This document shows positions 55,294-64,000 of a stretch of DNA of 64,000 bases, in pieces. The notes below the pieces were generated by a model. It searched no databases. It saw only the letters and a list, made by a program, of their open reading frames with translations, and was not told the origin of the DNA. The stretch is from Candidatus Kaiserbacteria bacterium. Its GTDB lineage: Bacteria; Patescibacteriota; Minisyncoccia; Phycocordibacterales; Phycocordibacteraceae. The position numbers and the translations under genes were made by a program. The number at the start of each line of letters is the position of its first letter. Within the stretch, counting starts at the first letter, position 1. The stretch covers positions 146,766-210,765 of the forward strand of contig DAIDIW010000002.1 of NCBI GenBank assembly GCA_027451665.1, in the 5' to 3' direction.

Positions 55294-55533
55294 TCACTCC
55301 GGCCGTGCATGTCTCGCTGTCTCGCGGGCTCTTTCCAATACGCGCCGAACGAAGAAAGGAAGCGCACCGGTTTCCTTAAATTCGACATAATATTTCATAC
55401 CGTAGTCGGCCGCGATATGCGGCATGCTTTCGTAATAGTCCCTATGACATTCACAAAAGACATCGATCTCCGTGCTTTCCTTCGAAAGTCCGAGAAACGC
55501 GCGTAATTGCGCGAATACGTATGCATCGGGCAT
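55294..55533 (-). CDS. small hypothetical protein (79 aa)
   Basis: MPDAYVFAQLRAFLGLSKESTEIDVFCECHRDYYESMPHIAADYGMKYYVEFKETGALPFFVRRVLERARE...; CxC plus His could be a metal site; no family recognised. Confidence 0.35.
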   Translation of the reverse strand: MPDAYVFAQLRAFLGLSKESTEIDVFCECHRDYYESMPHIAADYGMKYYVEFKETGALPFFVRRVLERARETARHARPE

Positions 55534-55599
55534 GGTGCCCTCCCGTTTCTGGCCTCTAAAAAGAAAAGTTTAGCACTTCCGCAGAGGGCTATCCCCACC

Positions 55600-58248
55600 C
55601 TACTTCTTCACAGCACGCTTGCGCTTACCGAGCATCTTCGCAAGGTACTGTCCAGTGTACGATCTCTCGACACCCGCAACCTCTTCCGGCGTGCCTTTCG
55701 CGATTATCTTCCCGCCGTTTATGCCGCCTTCAGGACCGAAGTCGATAAGGTAGTCCGCGCTCTTGACGACATCGAGATTATGTTCAATTACGACCACTGT
55801 GTTCCCCCGACGCACGAGCTCCTGGAGAATCTCGATGAGCTTGCGCACGTCCTCGTAGTGGAGGCCTACGGTCGGCTCGTCGAGCAGGTAGAGGGTCTTC
55901 ATCGTATGCGGGCGGTATAGTTCGCTTGCGATCTTAACGCGCTGTGCCTCGCCGCCAGAAAGAGTCGTCGCACTCTGGCCGAGCGTGAGGTATTCGAGGC
56001 CGGTCGAATGCAAGGACTGTAAACGCTCGGCGATAGCCGGGATGTCACCGAAGAATTTTTCTGCTTCCTCGATCGTCATCTGCAGCACCTCGTGGACATT
56101 CTTCCCTCGGTAGGTAATCTCCAGGGTTTCTTTCATGAACCGCTTCCCCTCGCATACATCGCAGGTCACGTAGACGGTAGGCAGGAAGTGCATCTCAACC
56201 GCGATAGAGCCGTTACCCTGGCAGGCCTCGCAGCGCCCGCCAGGTACATTGAAAGAGAAGCGGCCGGGCTTCCATCCGCGCGCTCGCGCTTCAGACGTAG
56301 CGGCAAAGAGATCGCGGACGTGCGTCATTGCTCCCGTATAGGTGGCCGGATTACTGCGGGGCGTCCGGCCGATGGGTGATTGATCGATAAGGACGACGCG
56401 TCCAAGGTATTCCGTCCCGGTAAGTGTGGAAACATGTTCGAGCTTCGCCTCGCGACGCGCAAAGCGCGCCGCGACATTCTTATGGAGGATGTCATAGAGG
56501 AAGGTGGACTTACCGCTGCCAGAGACACCCGTGATGCATACGAGCTTGCCGAGCGGCACATCAACGTTCTGATTCTTCAGGTTATGCAGGGTCGCACCCT
56601 TCACGCGTATCCAGCCCTTCTCTGCCGCGCGACGTTCCTGGGGCACTGTAATCTCCGTTTCGCCGCGTAAGTAAGAAAGCGTGAACGAACCGCTTTCGTT
56701 CTTCGGCGCAGTAAGAAGGTCATCGAGCCAGCCGGCCGCAACGACATTGCCGCCGTGTACGCCAGCTCCCGGACCGATATCGACGATATAGTCTGCGGCG
56801 TAGATAGTGTCTTCGTCGTGCTCGACGACCACGATGGTGTTGCCGAGTTCCCGCAGGCGACCCAAGGTCTCGATGAGACGGTCGTTATCACGCTGATGGA
56901 GGCCGATGGTCGGTTCATCAAGCACGTAGAGCGCGCCTGTGAGCCCGCTTCCAAGTTGCGACGCAAGACGGATACGTTGCGCCTCGCCGCCGGAAAGCGT
57001 CGCAGCGCTACGATCAAGGGTCAGGTAGTCGAGACCGACATTTAGCATGAACGAGAGGCGGTTCTCGATTTCCTTCAAGACCGGGAGCGCGATATCCTGC
57101 TTCATCTCAGAGAGCTCGAGTGAGTCGACGAAGTCCTTCGCGTCCCTGATGCTCATGTCAGTGAAGTCAACGATATTCTTGCCAAGCGTCTTATCCTTTG
57201 ATGATTTCAGGTACACGCGAAGCGCCTCGGGACGTAGACGCTTTCCGCCGCACAGGGGGCAGGGCTCGTCTGAGAAGAGCGACTTAGTGCCGAGTCCGTT
57301 ACACTCCGGACACGCCCCGTACGGCGAGTTGAAAGAGAAGAGACGTGGCTCTACTTCCGGAAAGGACGCACCGTCTTCCGGGCAGATGAACTTCGATGAC
57401 AGCGTCTCGAACGTACCGTCCGCATGCTTAATCTTCACGAGTCCGTCGGCTTCCTTGAGCGCTATCTCGAGCGCTTCTGAAAGGCGCTCACGCGCATCGG
57501 TCGTCGAGCGCGTGAAGTCCGTCACGTAAATGCCATCGACGACCGCGTCGATATCGTGCCGCTTATTGCGGTCGAGCGCGATCTTCTCGCGCAAGCTGTG
57601 CAGCTTGCCGTCTATCATGACCCGCTCGAATCCCTTGCCGAGGAGGTCGTAGAGAAGCTGGTAGTACTCGCCCTTGCGGCCGATAACCACCGGCGCGTAG
57701 ATGGTGACCATCGTCTTATCGACTGCGACACCCATGACCGCCTCGTCGCCTTCCTTGCGGCGCTTCTCGATATTGCCGAGCACCATCTTTATCATCTCCT
57801 CTTTCGAGAGACGCGTGATAGGCACATCGTGATGGATGCAGTATGGCTGGCCCGCGCGCGCATACAGGACGCGCAAATAGTCGTAAATCTCAGTGACTGT
57901 CGCCACCGTCGAGCGCGGATTATTGGAGCGACTCTTCTGATCTATGGAAATCGCCGGCGAGAGTCCCTCGATCTCATCGACGTCCGGCTTACTCATCTGA
58001 TTCAAGAACTGGCGCGCGTACGCGGAAAGCGATTCCACGTAGCGACGCTGCCCTTCCGCAAAGATCGTGTCGAAGGCGAGCGAGGACTTACCCGAGCCCG
58101 AGAGGCCCGTGATAACGCTCATAGCCCCGCGCGGCATCTCCACGTCGATGTTCTTCAGGTTATGGGTACGCGCACCCTTCACGCGGAGCCAGTCGCTCCC
58201 GTGCTTGTGATGATGCTCCTTCGAGTTCTTGTCCTTCTTAGTCGCCAT
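55600..58248 (-). CDS. uvrA: excinuclease ABC subunit A
   Basis: Two ABC modules ([23 protein letters not shown] ... [15 protein letters not shown]), [12 protein letters not shown] signatures, Zn-finger Cys clusters; 882 aa. Confidence 0.95.
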   Translation of the reverse strand: MATKKDKNSKEHHHKHGSDWLRVKGARTHNLKNIDVEMPRGAMSVITGLSGSGKSSLAFDTIFAEGQRRYVESLSAYARQFLNQMSKPDVDEIEGLSPAISIDQKSRSNNPRSTVATVTEIYDYLRVLYARAGQPYCIHHDVPITRLSKEEMIKMVLGNIEKRRKEGDEAVMGVAVDKTMVTIYAPVVIGRKGEYYQLLYDLLGKGFERVMIDGKLHSLREKIALDRNKRHDIDAVVDGIYVTDFTRSTTDARERLSEALEIALKEADGLVKIKHADGTFETLSSKFICPEDGASFPEVEPRLFSFNSPYGACPECNGLGTKSLFSDEPCPLCGGKRLRPEALRVYLKSSKDKTLGKNIVDFTDMSIRDAKDFVDSLELSEMKQDIALPVLKEIENRLSFMLNVGLDYLTLDRSAATLSGGEAQRIRLASQLGSGLTGALYVLDEPTIGLHQRDNDRLIETLGRLRELGNTIVVVEHDEDTIYAADYIVDIGPGAGVHGGNVVAAGWLDDLLTAPKNESGSFTLSYLRGETEITVPQERRAAEKGWIRVKGATLHNLKNQNVDVPLGKLVCITGVSGSGKSTFLYDILHKNVAARFARREAKLEHVSTLTGTEYLGRVVLIDQSPIGRTPRSNPATYTGAMTHVRDLFAATSEARARGWKPGRFSFNVPGGRCEACQGNGSIAVEMHFLPTVYVTCDVCEGKRFMKETLEITYRGKNVHEVLQMTIEEAEKFFGDIPAIAERLQSLHSTGLEYLTLGQSATTLSGGEAQRVKIASELYRPHTMKTLYLLDEPTVGLHYEDVRKLIEILQELVRRGNTVVVIEHNLDVVKSADYLIDFGPEGGINGGKIIAKGTPEEVAGVERSYTGQYLAKMLGKRKRAVKK

Positions 58249-58311
58249 CTATAGCCTTTTCCTGCCCGTGGCGGGGCAGGTACAGAATAACTATAACACA
58301 ATTGAAACTAA

Positions 58312-58560
58312 TCAGCGTCTACTCGCCGCGACGCTCCAAGAGATGTATGGACCCGTACTCCCACTCCCTCCTACGATGCTTAGGTGCTGAGGATTTGGCT
58401 GTACAACAATAGCTAGAAAAATTGTCCCCGAAACACCAGCTGCGAGAGAAAGAGTGCCCCAGACTTTGCTTCCCCAATAAGTAAACCGCTTCCAAAAGGA
58501 AGGTGCTGCATGAAATTTCCTTTCTAGTCTAGATCCGATTTCTTCGAAGTTTCCTGTCAT
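58312..58560 (-). CDS. possible small membrane protein (82 aa) in a low-GC uvrA-uvrB spacer
   Basis: ORF with one TM (GTLSLAAGVSGTIFLAIVV); local GC about 48%; weak support. Confidence 0.2.
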   Translation of the reverse strand: MTGNFEEIGSRLERKFHAAPSFWKRFTYWGSKVWGTLSLAAGVSGTIFLAIVVQPNPQHLSIVGGSGSTGPYISWSVAASRR

Positions 58561-58575
58561 TTGGATTTTGCCGCG

Positions 58576-60627
58576 TTACGACAAGAGCTTACGCTTCCTC
58601 GATTTCTTGGCCTTGGGGCCGTTGCCTTCGAGCTCATAGAGCTCGTCGCGGATGATGGCTGCGGTCTCGAAGTCGAGACGCTCCACCGCTTCAGCCATCT
58701 CTTCGCGCTTCGCTTTAATGAACGCTTCCGGGTCATCCTTGTAGGCGAGCTTGTCGAGCGCGAGCAAATCGCCCACCGTCTTCTGATGCTCAGAGCGCAT
58801 GCTCTCGGCGATGTCCTTGATCTCCTTCTTGATCGTCTTCGGGGTGATGCCGTGCTCCTTGTTATACGCAAGCTGTATCTCGCGGCGGCGATTCGTCTCC
58901 CCTATCGCTTTCTCCAAGGAGCCCGTCATGACGTCAGCGTAGAGGATGACGCGGCCGAGCACGTTACGCGCGGCACGGCCGATGGTCTGGATGAGCGATG
59001 TCTCGCTGCGAAGGAAGCCCTCTTTGTCTGCGTCGAGGATTCCCACGAGCTCCACCTCCGGAAGGTCGAGTCCTTCGCGCAGGAGGTTCACACCCACAAG
59101 GATGTCGAACTCGCCCTTGCGGAACTTCGTGAGGATATCGATACGGTCGATGGTCTTCACGTCTGAGTGGAGATACTCGGCCTTCATACCGCGCTTCTTG
59201 AGGAAGTCCGAAAGGTCCTCGGCCATTTGCTTCGTAAGCGTGGTCGCGAGCGCACGGCCGCCGTTCTCTATCGTCTTCACCGCCTCCTCGATGAAATTCG
59301 CGACCTGGCCTTTGTAGGCATCCTTCTCGACGACTCCGCGGATGACGAGCTCCGGATCGATAAGACCCGTCGGGCGGATGATCTGCTCGACAACCTGTCC
59401 TTCGGGCCTTTTCGAGTGCTCGAGCTCGTAATTGCCGGGCGTGGCGCTCGTGTAAAGCGACTGGCCCACGCGTGTCTCGAACTCATCGAAGGTAAGCGGA
59501 CGGTTATCGCGCGCGCTCGGCAGACGGAAGCCGTACTCGACGAGATTGTCCTTACGCGAACGGTCACCCGCGAACATGCCGCCGATCTGCGGGATGGTGA
59601 CGTGCGACTCGTCGATGATCGTGAGGAAGTCCTTGTCGCAGCGCTTGAAGTAGTCCAGGAGCGTGTACGGCGCTTCGCCTGGCTTACGGCCGTCGAAATG
59701 ACGCGAGTAGTTCTCGATGCCGTTCGTGTACCCGAGCTCGCGGATGAGGGCGATGTCATGGAGCGTGCGGCGCTTCAGGCGTTCGTGCTCCAAGGGCTTC
59801 TCCTCGCGCTTGAACTTCGCGAGCTGAAGATCGAGCTCTTCCTTGATGTCTTTGAGCGCGCGCTCACGCTCCTCTTCGTTCGTCACGAAGTGCTTCGCCG
59901 GGAATACGAAGATGCTCTCAGGCTCGGCTACTTTGGCGCGGGAGACCGGGTCGAGCTGCTCGATGCTTGCAACGCGGTCGATGTCGAACGAGACGCGGTA
60001 GAGTGCGCGCTCATTCACCGGCATGAACTCAAGCGCGTTCCCGATAGCGCGCAGCTGTCCCGGCTCGAGGTCTGCGGTGGTGCGCTCGAAATAGATGTTA
60101 ATGAGCTTCCGTATGAGCGCAGCGCGATTCTCCTCCTCACCTTTTTGTATCTTCACATGTACCTTCTCGTACTGCTCGGGGCTACCGAGACCATAGATAG
60201 CCGAGACCGAAGCCACGATGATGACGTCTTTGCGCGTGAGCAAGGCCTGCGTCGCCGCGTGGCGCAGACGGTCTATCTCCGCATTGATCATCGCCTCCTT
60301 CTCGATATACGTATCCGAGTGCGCGATGTACGCCTCTGGCTGATAGTAGTCGTAGTACGAGACGAAATAGTGCACCGCATTTTCCGGAAAGAACTCGCGG
60401 TACTCCTGCGCGAGCTGCGCTGCGAGCGTCTTGTTGTGCGCAAGCACGAGTGTCGGCCTATCATGCTCCGCGATGACATTCGCCATCGTGAAGGTCTTGC
60501 CTGAGCCAGTGACGCCGAGAAGCGTCTGGTAGCGCATACCCTTCGATAGAGCCTTCGAGAGGGCCTCTATCGCCTTCGGCTGGTCACCGGCCGGCTCGTA
60601 TGGGTTATGAAGCTTGAAGTTAGCCAT
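58576..60627 (-). CDS. uvrB: excinuclease ABC subunit B
   Basis: LLGVTGSGKTFTMANVIAEHDRPTLVLAHNKTLAAQL, helicase motifs, beta-hairpin YYDYYQPEAY, C-terminal UVR domain; start at ATG 60627 (MANFKLHNPYEP). Confidence 0.95.
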   Translation of the reverse strand: MANFKLHNPYEPAGDQPKAIEALSKALSKGMRYQTLLGVTGSGKTFTMANVIAEHDRPTLVLAHNKTLAAQLAQEYREFFPENAVHYFVSYYDYYQPEAYIAHSDTYIEKEAMINAEIDRLRHAATQALLTRKDVIIVASVSAIYGLGSPEQYEKVHVKIQKGEEENRAALIRKLINIYFERTTADLEPGQLRAIGNALEFMPVNERALYRVSFDIDRVASIEQLDPVSRAKVAEPESIFVFPAKHFVTNEEERERALKDIKEELDLQLAKFKREEKPLEHERLKRRTLHDIALIRELGYTNGIENYSRHFDGRKPGEAPYTLLDYFKRCDKDFLTIIDESHVTIPQIGGMFAGDRSRKDNLVEYGFRLPSARDNRPLTFDEFETRVGQSLYTSATPGNYELEHSKRPEGQVVEQIIRPTGLIDPELVIRGVVEKDAYKGQVANFIEEAVKTIENGGRALATTLTKQMAEDLSDFLKKRGMKAEYLHSDVKTIDRIDILTKFRKGEFDILVGVNLLREGLDLPEVELVGILDADKEGFLRSETSLIQTIGRAARNVLGRVILYADVMTGSLEKAIGETNRRREIQLAYNKEHGITPKTIKKEIKDIAESMRSEHQKTVGDLLALDKLAYKDDPEAFIKAKREEMAEAVERLDFETAAIIRDELYELEGNGPKAKKSRKRKLLS

Positions 60628-61885
60628 AGTAGCTACTCGTGAAGTCTGCACGGTATTCATCGAAACGTCGATCGAGAATTGCCTGCCGCGCACCCTTCAC
60701 GAGCGAGAGGATGAACTGCAGATTGTGCATCGATGCGATAGTCGCGCCGAGTATCTCACCACTCCGCAGGAGATGCGCCACATATGCCACCGTGAACGCT
60801 CCCATGCCTGCAGAAGTCAGACTTCCGCTGCTGCAGAGGTCTGACTTCTGCATCTCGAGGGCGGAAAGCGGCGTGAGATCGCTGCGGCACTTCTCATTCG
60901 TGAGGTGCAAAAGCCCGCCCGGCGTATATATCGTGCCATGACGTCCGAGCCGCGTGGGCGCCACGCAATCAAACAGGTCGATTCCATTCGCGATCCCCTC
61001 AAGTACATCACCCGGCTCACCGATGCCGAGGAAATGCTTCGGGAGCTCCGCGGGCAGTTCGCCTATAGCTGCTTGGAGCGCGCCGCGCATATCCTCCTTG
61101 CTGAATGAGCCGCCGATTCCTACGCCGTCGAATCCCATTTCTGCGATGGCCCTCGCGCTTTCGGCGCGCAGGTCCGTGTGCCGGCCTCCTTGCACGATAC
61201 CGAAGATCGCCTGCCGCTTAGCGGCATCGATATCCTGCCGATGCGCCTTCAAGGAGCGCTCAGCCCACCGATGCGTGCGCCGCATAGCTTCTAGCTGATA
61301 TTCGCGTGGCTCGTCCGGCGCCGTGCACTCATCGAACGCGAAGAAGATGTCTGCGCCTAAGTCATGCTGGATTTCGATCGAACGTTCGGGCGTGAAGCGG
61401 TGGAGCGAGCCGTCCAGATGCGAGGTGAACGTGACTCCCTCATCATCGATGACGGCAAGCTGCCCGTGCTGCGATGCGACGGACTCATCATAGACCGCCA
61501 TCTGGTCCTCCTTCTCGCTCATCTCTCCCTGCGCCTCATCTGCGAACTTCGAGACCTTCCGATTGAACGCGGCACCGAGTGAGAATACCTGAAATCCTCC
61601 AGAATCTGTAATGGTCGGACCGCCCCACCCCATGAAGTCGGCGATGCCTCCCGCCTCCCGCACGAGCGCTTCGCCCGGCTGCAGGTAAAGATGATAGGTG
61701 TTCGCAAGAACCACTTCCGCCCCGAGTTCCGTAAGCGCTCCTGGCAGTACGCCCTTCACCGTCGCCTTCGTACCCACGGGCGAGAACGCAGGTGTCCGTA
61801 TGTCCCCGTGCGGCGTATGTATGACACCGGCTCGCGCACGCGAGTTCTCTGCGTGCCGCTCGATATCGAAGGAGAGTGCGCTCAT
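60620..61885 (-). CDS. tgt: queuine tRNA-ribosyltransferase with degenerate zinc site
   Basis: RARAGVIHTPHGDIRTPAFSPVGTKATVKG; catalytic Asp context LGADIFFAFDECT. C-terminal region aligns to CDCYVC...H but reads CSSGSL...H. Start at ATG 61885. 8-nt overlap with the uvrB start. Confidence 0.8.
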   Translation of the reverse strand: MSALSFDIERHAENSRARAGVIHTPHGDIRTPAFSPVGTKATVKGVLPGALTELGAEVVLANTYHLYLQPGEALVREAGGIADFMGWGGPTITDSGGFQVFSLGAAFNRKVSKFADEAQGEMSEKEDQMAVYDESVASQHGQLAVIDDEGVTFTSHLDGSLHRFTPERSIEIQHDLGADIFFAFDECTAPDEPREYQLEAMRRTHRWAERSLKAHRQDIDAAKRQAIFGIVQGGRHTDLRAESARAIAEMGFDGVGIGGSFSKEDMRGALQAAIGELPAELPKHFLGIGEPGDVLEGIANGIDLFDCVAPTRLGRHGTIYTPGGLLHLTNEKCRSDLTPLSALEMQKSDLCSSGSLTSAGMGAFTVAYVAHLLRSGEILGATIASMHNLQFILSLVKGARQAILDRRFDEYRADFTSSYYG

Positions 61886-61992
61886 CCGGTTGAGGATAAC
61901 GAGAATGGGTCCATTTGACAATCATCATAATAGGCGTACGTTGATGGCGGGGCAATTCCGGCTCGTGCGAGCCGAAACCAAAGGAGTACCTC

Positions 61993-62694
61993 ATGCAATC
62001 CATGAACTTCCGGGGATTACTCCTCGGGATCGCTGCGCTGCTTGTGCTCGCCGGTTGCGGGACAGTACCGGGACCCTTTAACGGGCTCGGTTCCGATCCC
62101 ATGTCCATGCTCGTGGTATACAAAACAGGTCGTCAGCCGCTCACCTACAGGGAATATCAGGCCGTCCAAGAAATCGCGAAGCAGGACCATCTGATACTCA
62201 CGGGTCAGCTCTCGTCTCCGTTCGAAGCAGCCGTGACCGATGGGCTCGCTGGCGCCGTCGCAGGTGCGGCTGGCGGTGCAACGCAAGGCCTCTTCTATAC
62301 AGGCGGAATGGCCGGTCCTGCTGCCGGCTACACCGCGGCGGTCTACGGACTTGGATACTCCGTCAACGGGCTCCAAAGTTATAGTTACGGAGAAGTGTAC
62401 GACATAGCCGCCATGGTCGAGCAGACGATGCGCGATGACGAGAAGTACGACCACCGCAGAGTCTTCAGACGGCTTCACGTGGTCGCAGGATTCGTCAGGA
62501 GCGAGAACGCTACCAACGATCCGGCGGAAAGCCTGCGCAGGCAAATGCCGGACTTCCGAGGTCCGCGTGCAAACTACATCGACAGGATCAAGGAGCGACC
62601 TCTGATACCCATGGGCGACGGCGAGCTACAGTCGGGGAGGATGAATTCTCCTCCCTTTCACTCGCACATTCCAAATGGCGTCACTGGCCATTAG
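61993..62694 (+). CDS. hypothetical lipoprotein
   Basis: Signal peptide plus lipobox LLVLAGCG; Gly/Ala-rich glycine-zipper-like segment GLAGAVAGAAGGATQGLFYTGGMAGPAAGYTAAVYGLGY; 233 aa. Confidence 0.5.
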   Translation: MQSMNFRGLLLGIAALLVLAGCGTVPGPFNGLGSDPMSMLVVYKTGRQPLTYREYQAVQEIAKQDHLILTGQLSSPFEAAVTDGLAGAVAGAAGGATQGLFYTGGMAGPAAGYTAAVYGLGYSVNGLQSYSYGEVYDIAAMVEQTMRDDEKYDHRRVFRRLHVVAGFVRSENATNDPAESLRRQMPDFRGPRANYIDRIKERPLIPMGDGELQSGRMNSPPFHSHIPNGVTGH

Positions 62695-62776
62695 GCTCCA
62701 TGCATTCCTTACAAAATGGCTCGAGGCTTGCCTCGGGCCATTTTCTTATGCCACTCTTTTCCGATAACGCGCGTTC

Positions 62777-63331
62777 TTACGGTTTCGTAACGGAGAGAAG
62801 CTTCACCTGGAAAACGAGCGTCGCGTTTGGCGGAATCACTCCTGAAATGCCTTGCGCGCCATACGCCATGGATGGCGGGATGACGAGCTTACGCACGCCC
62901 CCCACCTTCATTCCGGCCACGCCCTGATCCCATCCCTGGATCACCTGCCCCGCACCGAGCGTGAACGTGAATCCATCTTTGGTCTGCGGATGATTCGCGG
63001 ACGCGTCGAATACGGTACCGTCGGTTAATGCACCGACATACTCGACGGTAACGGAGTCGCCCTTAACGGCGGTCGCCCCGGTACCGATCGTCTCATCGGT
63101 CACCTGAAGCGAAGTGACAGGTTGTGCGGTAAGGTCCATAGAAGTTGAAGAGGTTGCGGATTGATCGCTCGTAGTAGTTGCCATTGTGGTTGTGGTCGCT
63201 GCGGGAGTCGTCGCAGCAGCACCTGCGGCAGGACTCGATCCCCCAAACGGCCAGAGGCCGGGGAAAATGAAGAACACTGCTATTACGACGAGTGCGAGTG
63301 CGACGGCGATTCCAGTCTGTGTCGGTTGCAT
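62777..63331 (-). CDS. FKBP-type peptidyl-prolyl cis-trans isomerase, membrane-anchored with Thr/Ala-rich linker
   Basis: FKBP domain FTFTLGAGQVIQGWDQGVAGMKVGGVRKLVIPPSMAYG...PPNATLVFQVKLLSV; N-terminal TM and AAATTPAATTTTMATTTS low-complexity linker. Confidence 0.85.
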   Translation of the reverse strand: MQPTQTGIAVALALVVIAVFFIFPGLWPFGGSSPAAGAAATTPAATTTTMATTTSDQSATSSTSMDLTAQPVTSLQVTDETIGTGATAVKGDSVTVEYVGALTDGTVFDASANHPQTKDGFTFTLGAGQVIQGWDQGVAGMKVGGVRKLVIPPSMAYGAQGISGVIPPNATLVFQVKLLSVTKP

Positions 63332-63370
63332 ATGCGGATAGTATACCCCTCGAGGCGAGGATGGGTAGTC

Positions 63371-63733
63371 TTACGTCTGGGAATTCTGAAAGGCGCGGAA
63401 ATTCTCGACCTCTTTTTGGACGGCTTCCTTTGCGAGCCGCTCATGATCCGGAACTTCACGATCAAGGAACTCTTGCACGATCTGAGCATCCCCACCCTCG
63501 GCGAGTTTTGCAAATTCATGCCGCTTATCCGGCGTGAGCTTCTCAAGCACCGCAACGGTCGCCGCCTTAAGAGCCACTTCACCGAACTGGGCGATAAGCT
63601 CATCCTGTTCGTGCGAGGAAAGTTCGCTGATCCCGAGATCGACAGCCACCTGCTTCTTCATGTCATCTGGTTGCATATAGTAAGAATGGTAGCACGCGCT
63701 AGAAAGCATCCGGGAGCTCGCGCTGGAGATCAT
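63371..63733 (-). CDS. hypothetical helical protein
   Basis: 120-aa ORF; likely start at MQPDDMKKQ; charged helical, no motif recognised. Confidence 0.35.
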   Translation of the reverse strand: MISSASSRMLSSACYHSYYMQPDDMKKQVAVDLGISELSSHEQDELIAQFGEVALKAATVAVLEKLTPDKRHEFAKLAEGGDAQIVQEFLDREVPDHERLAKEAVQKEVENFRAFQNSQT

Positions 63734-64000
63734 CTACCGAGGGCGCGTGCGGGATCTTTGCTCCCTCTTGAAGCACCGGCGAGATTTGAGGGCTGATATG
63801 AATTCGAGCACCGGAACCAAATGGCATACCTGTTGTTCCCTGCATGTCGATCCATTCCGCGCGCATAAGCTGATGATGGGTCTTCAGAATACCGCGAATA
63901 GCCTTATCGAAATAGACGACCGCGGTATGGTCCTTCGTCACCCATTCGAACGCAAGCGCTTCGCGCTCTTCGTTCGTACCGCCATAGACGACATCGTGCC
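63699..64000 (-). CDS. hypothetical protein, C-terminal part (N-terminus beyond window end)
   Basis: Minus frame continuous to the window edge: ...GTNEEREALAFEWVTKDHTAVVYFDKAIRGILKTHHQLMRAEWIDMQGTTGMPFGSGARIHISPQISPV...; family not recognised (an H-x-S/T motif might indicate a 2H-type phosphoesterase). Confidence 0.35.
   Translation of the reverse strand, partial: HDVVYGGTNEEREALAFEWVTKDHTAVVYFDKAIRGILKTHHQLMRAEWIDMQGTTGMPFGSGARIHISPQISPVLQEGAKIPHAPSVDDLQRELPDAF

Noticed and set aside
55560-55600. TTAGCACTT half-site resembling the CIRCE heat-shock operator.
   Set aside because: Only one half of the inverted repeat is present and it is not near a chaperone gene; it sits at the uvrA 3' end.

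Overview
This window is a high-GC (about 60%) bacterial chromosomal segment. Almost every gene is on the minus strand and densely packed; many pairs have ATGA-type overlaps that suggest translational coupling.

Gene order, read in minus-strand transcription order from high to low coordinates: partial hypothetical, FKBP PPIase, (lipoprotein, + strand), tgt, uvrB, uvrA, uvrC, ddl, Nudix, tRNA-Ala(UGC), HtrA-like protease, tRNA-Val, tRNA-Pro(CGG), TspO, membrane protein, tRNA-Pro(GGG), tRNA-Ala(CGC), membrane protein, PAP2 phosphatase, tRNA-Ala(GGC), (SWIB-domain protein, + strand), speH, ATP synthase operon atpBEFHAGDC, small membrane proteins, flavodoxin-like NAD(P)H oxidoreductase, ychF, leuS, sigma70-r4/HARE-HTH protein, 456-aa hypothetical, mltG, mnmA, a 4-gene nuclease/membrane cluster (ATP-cone-REase fusion, Cas4-like Fe-S nuclease), ung, (pepO M13 peptidase, + strand), alaS, actin-like ATPase plus bitopic membrane protein, infA-rpmJ-rpsM-rpsK-rpsD-rpoA-rplQ, rplM-rpsI, grpE-dnaK-dnaJ, membrane protein, ABC exporter, tyrS, tRNA-Tyr, a decayed AT-rich islet, trpS, aspS, pepA, scpA-scpB, D-Ala-D-Ala carboxypeptidase, mraY (partial).

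No rRNA, CRISPR array or intact mobile element is visible.

Several conserved proteins have reduced architectures. AlaRS lacks the C-Ala domain, UvrC lacks the HhH domain, AspRS lacks the GAD insertion, ATP synthase delta and epsilon are short, and L36 and TGT lack their zinc ligands. Together with a SWIB protein and many lineage-specific small membrane proteins, this suggests a genome-reduced, possibly CPR/Patescibacteria-like, high-GC lineage. This lineage call is an inference and was not verified.

The most unusual regions are:
- 7063-8270, a decayed islet at the 3' end of tRNA-Tyr with a candidate two-gene toxin/antitoxin-like pair.
- 27666-30364, a tightly coupled nuclease cluster next to ung.
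- 32320-34833, a large conserved hypothetical paired with an HTH protein.
- 20581-22925, an actin-like ATPase / membrane protein pair sitting where secY-adk-map would normally be.
- 48.7-52.6 kb, an interleaved tRNA and membrane-protein region.
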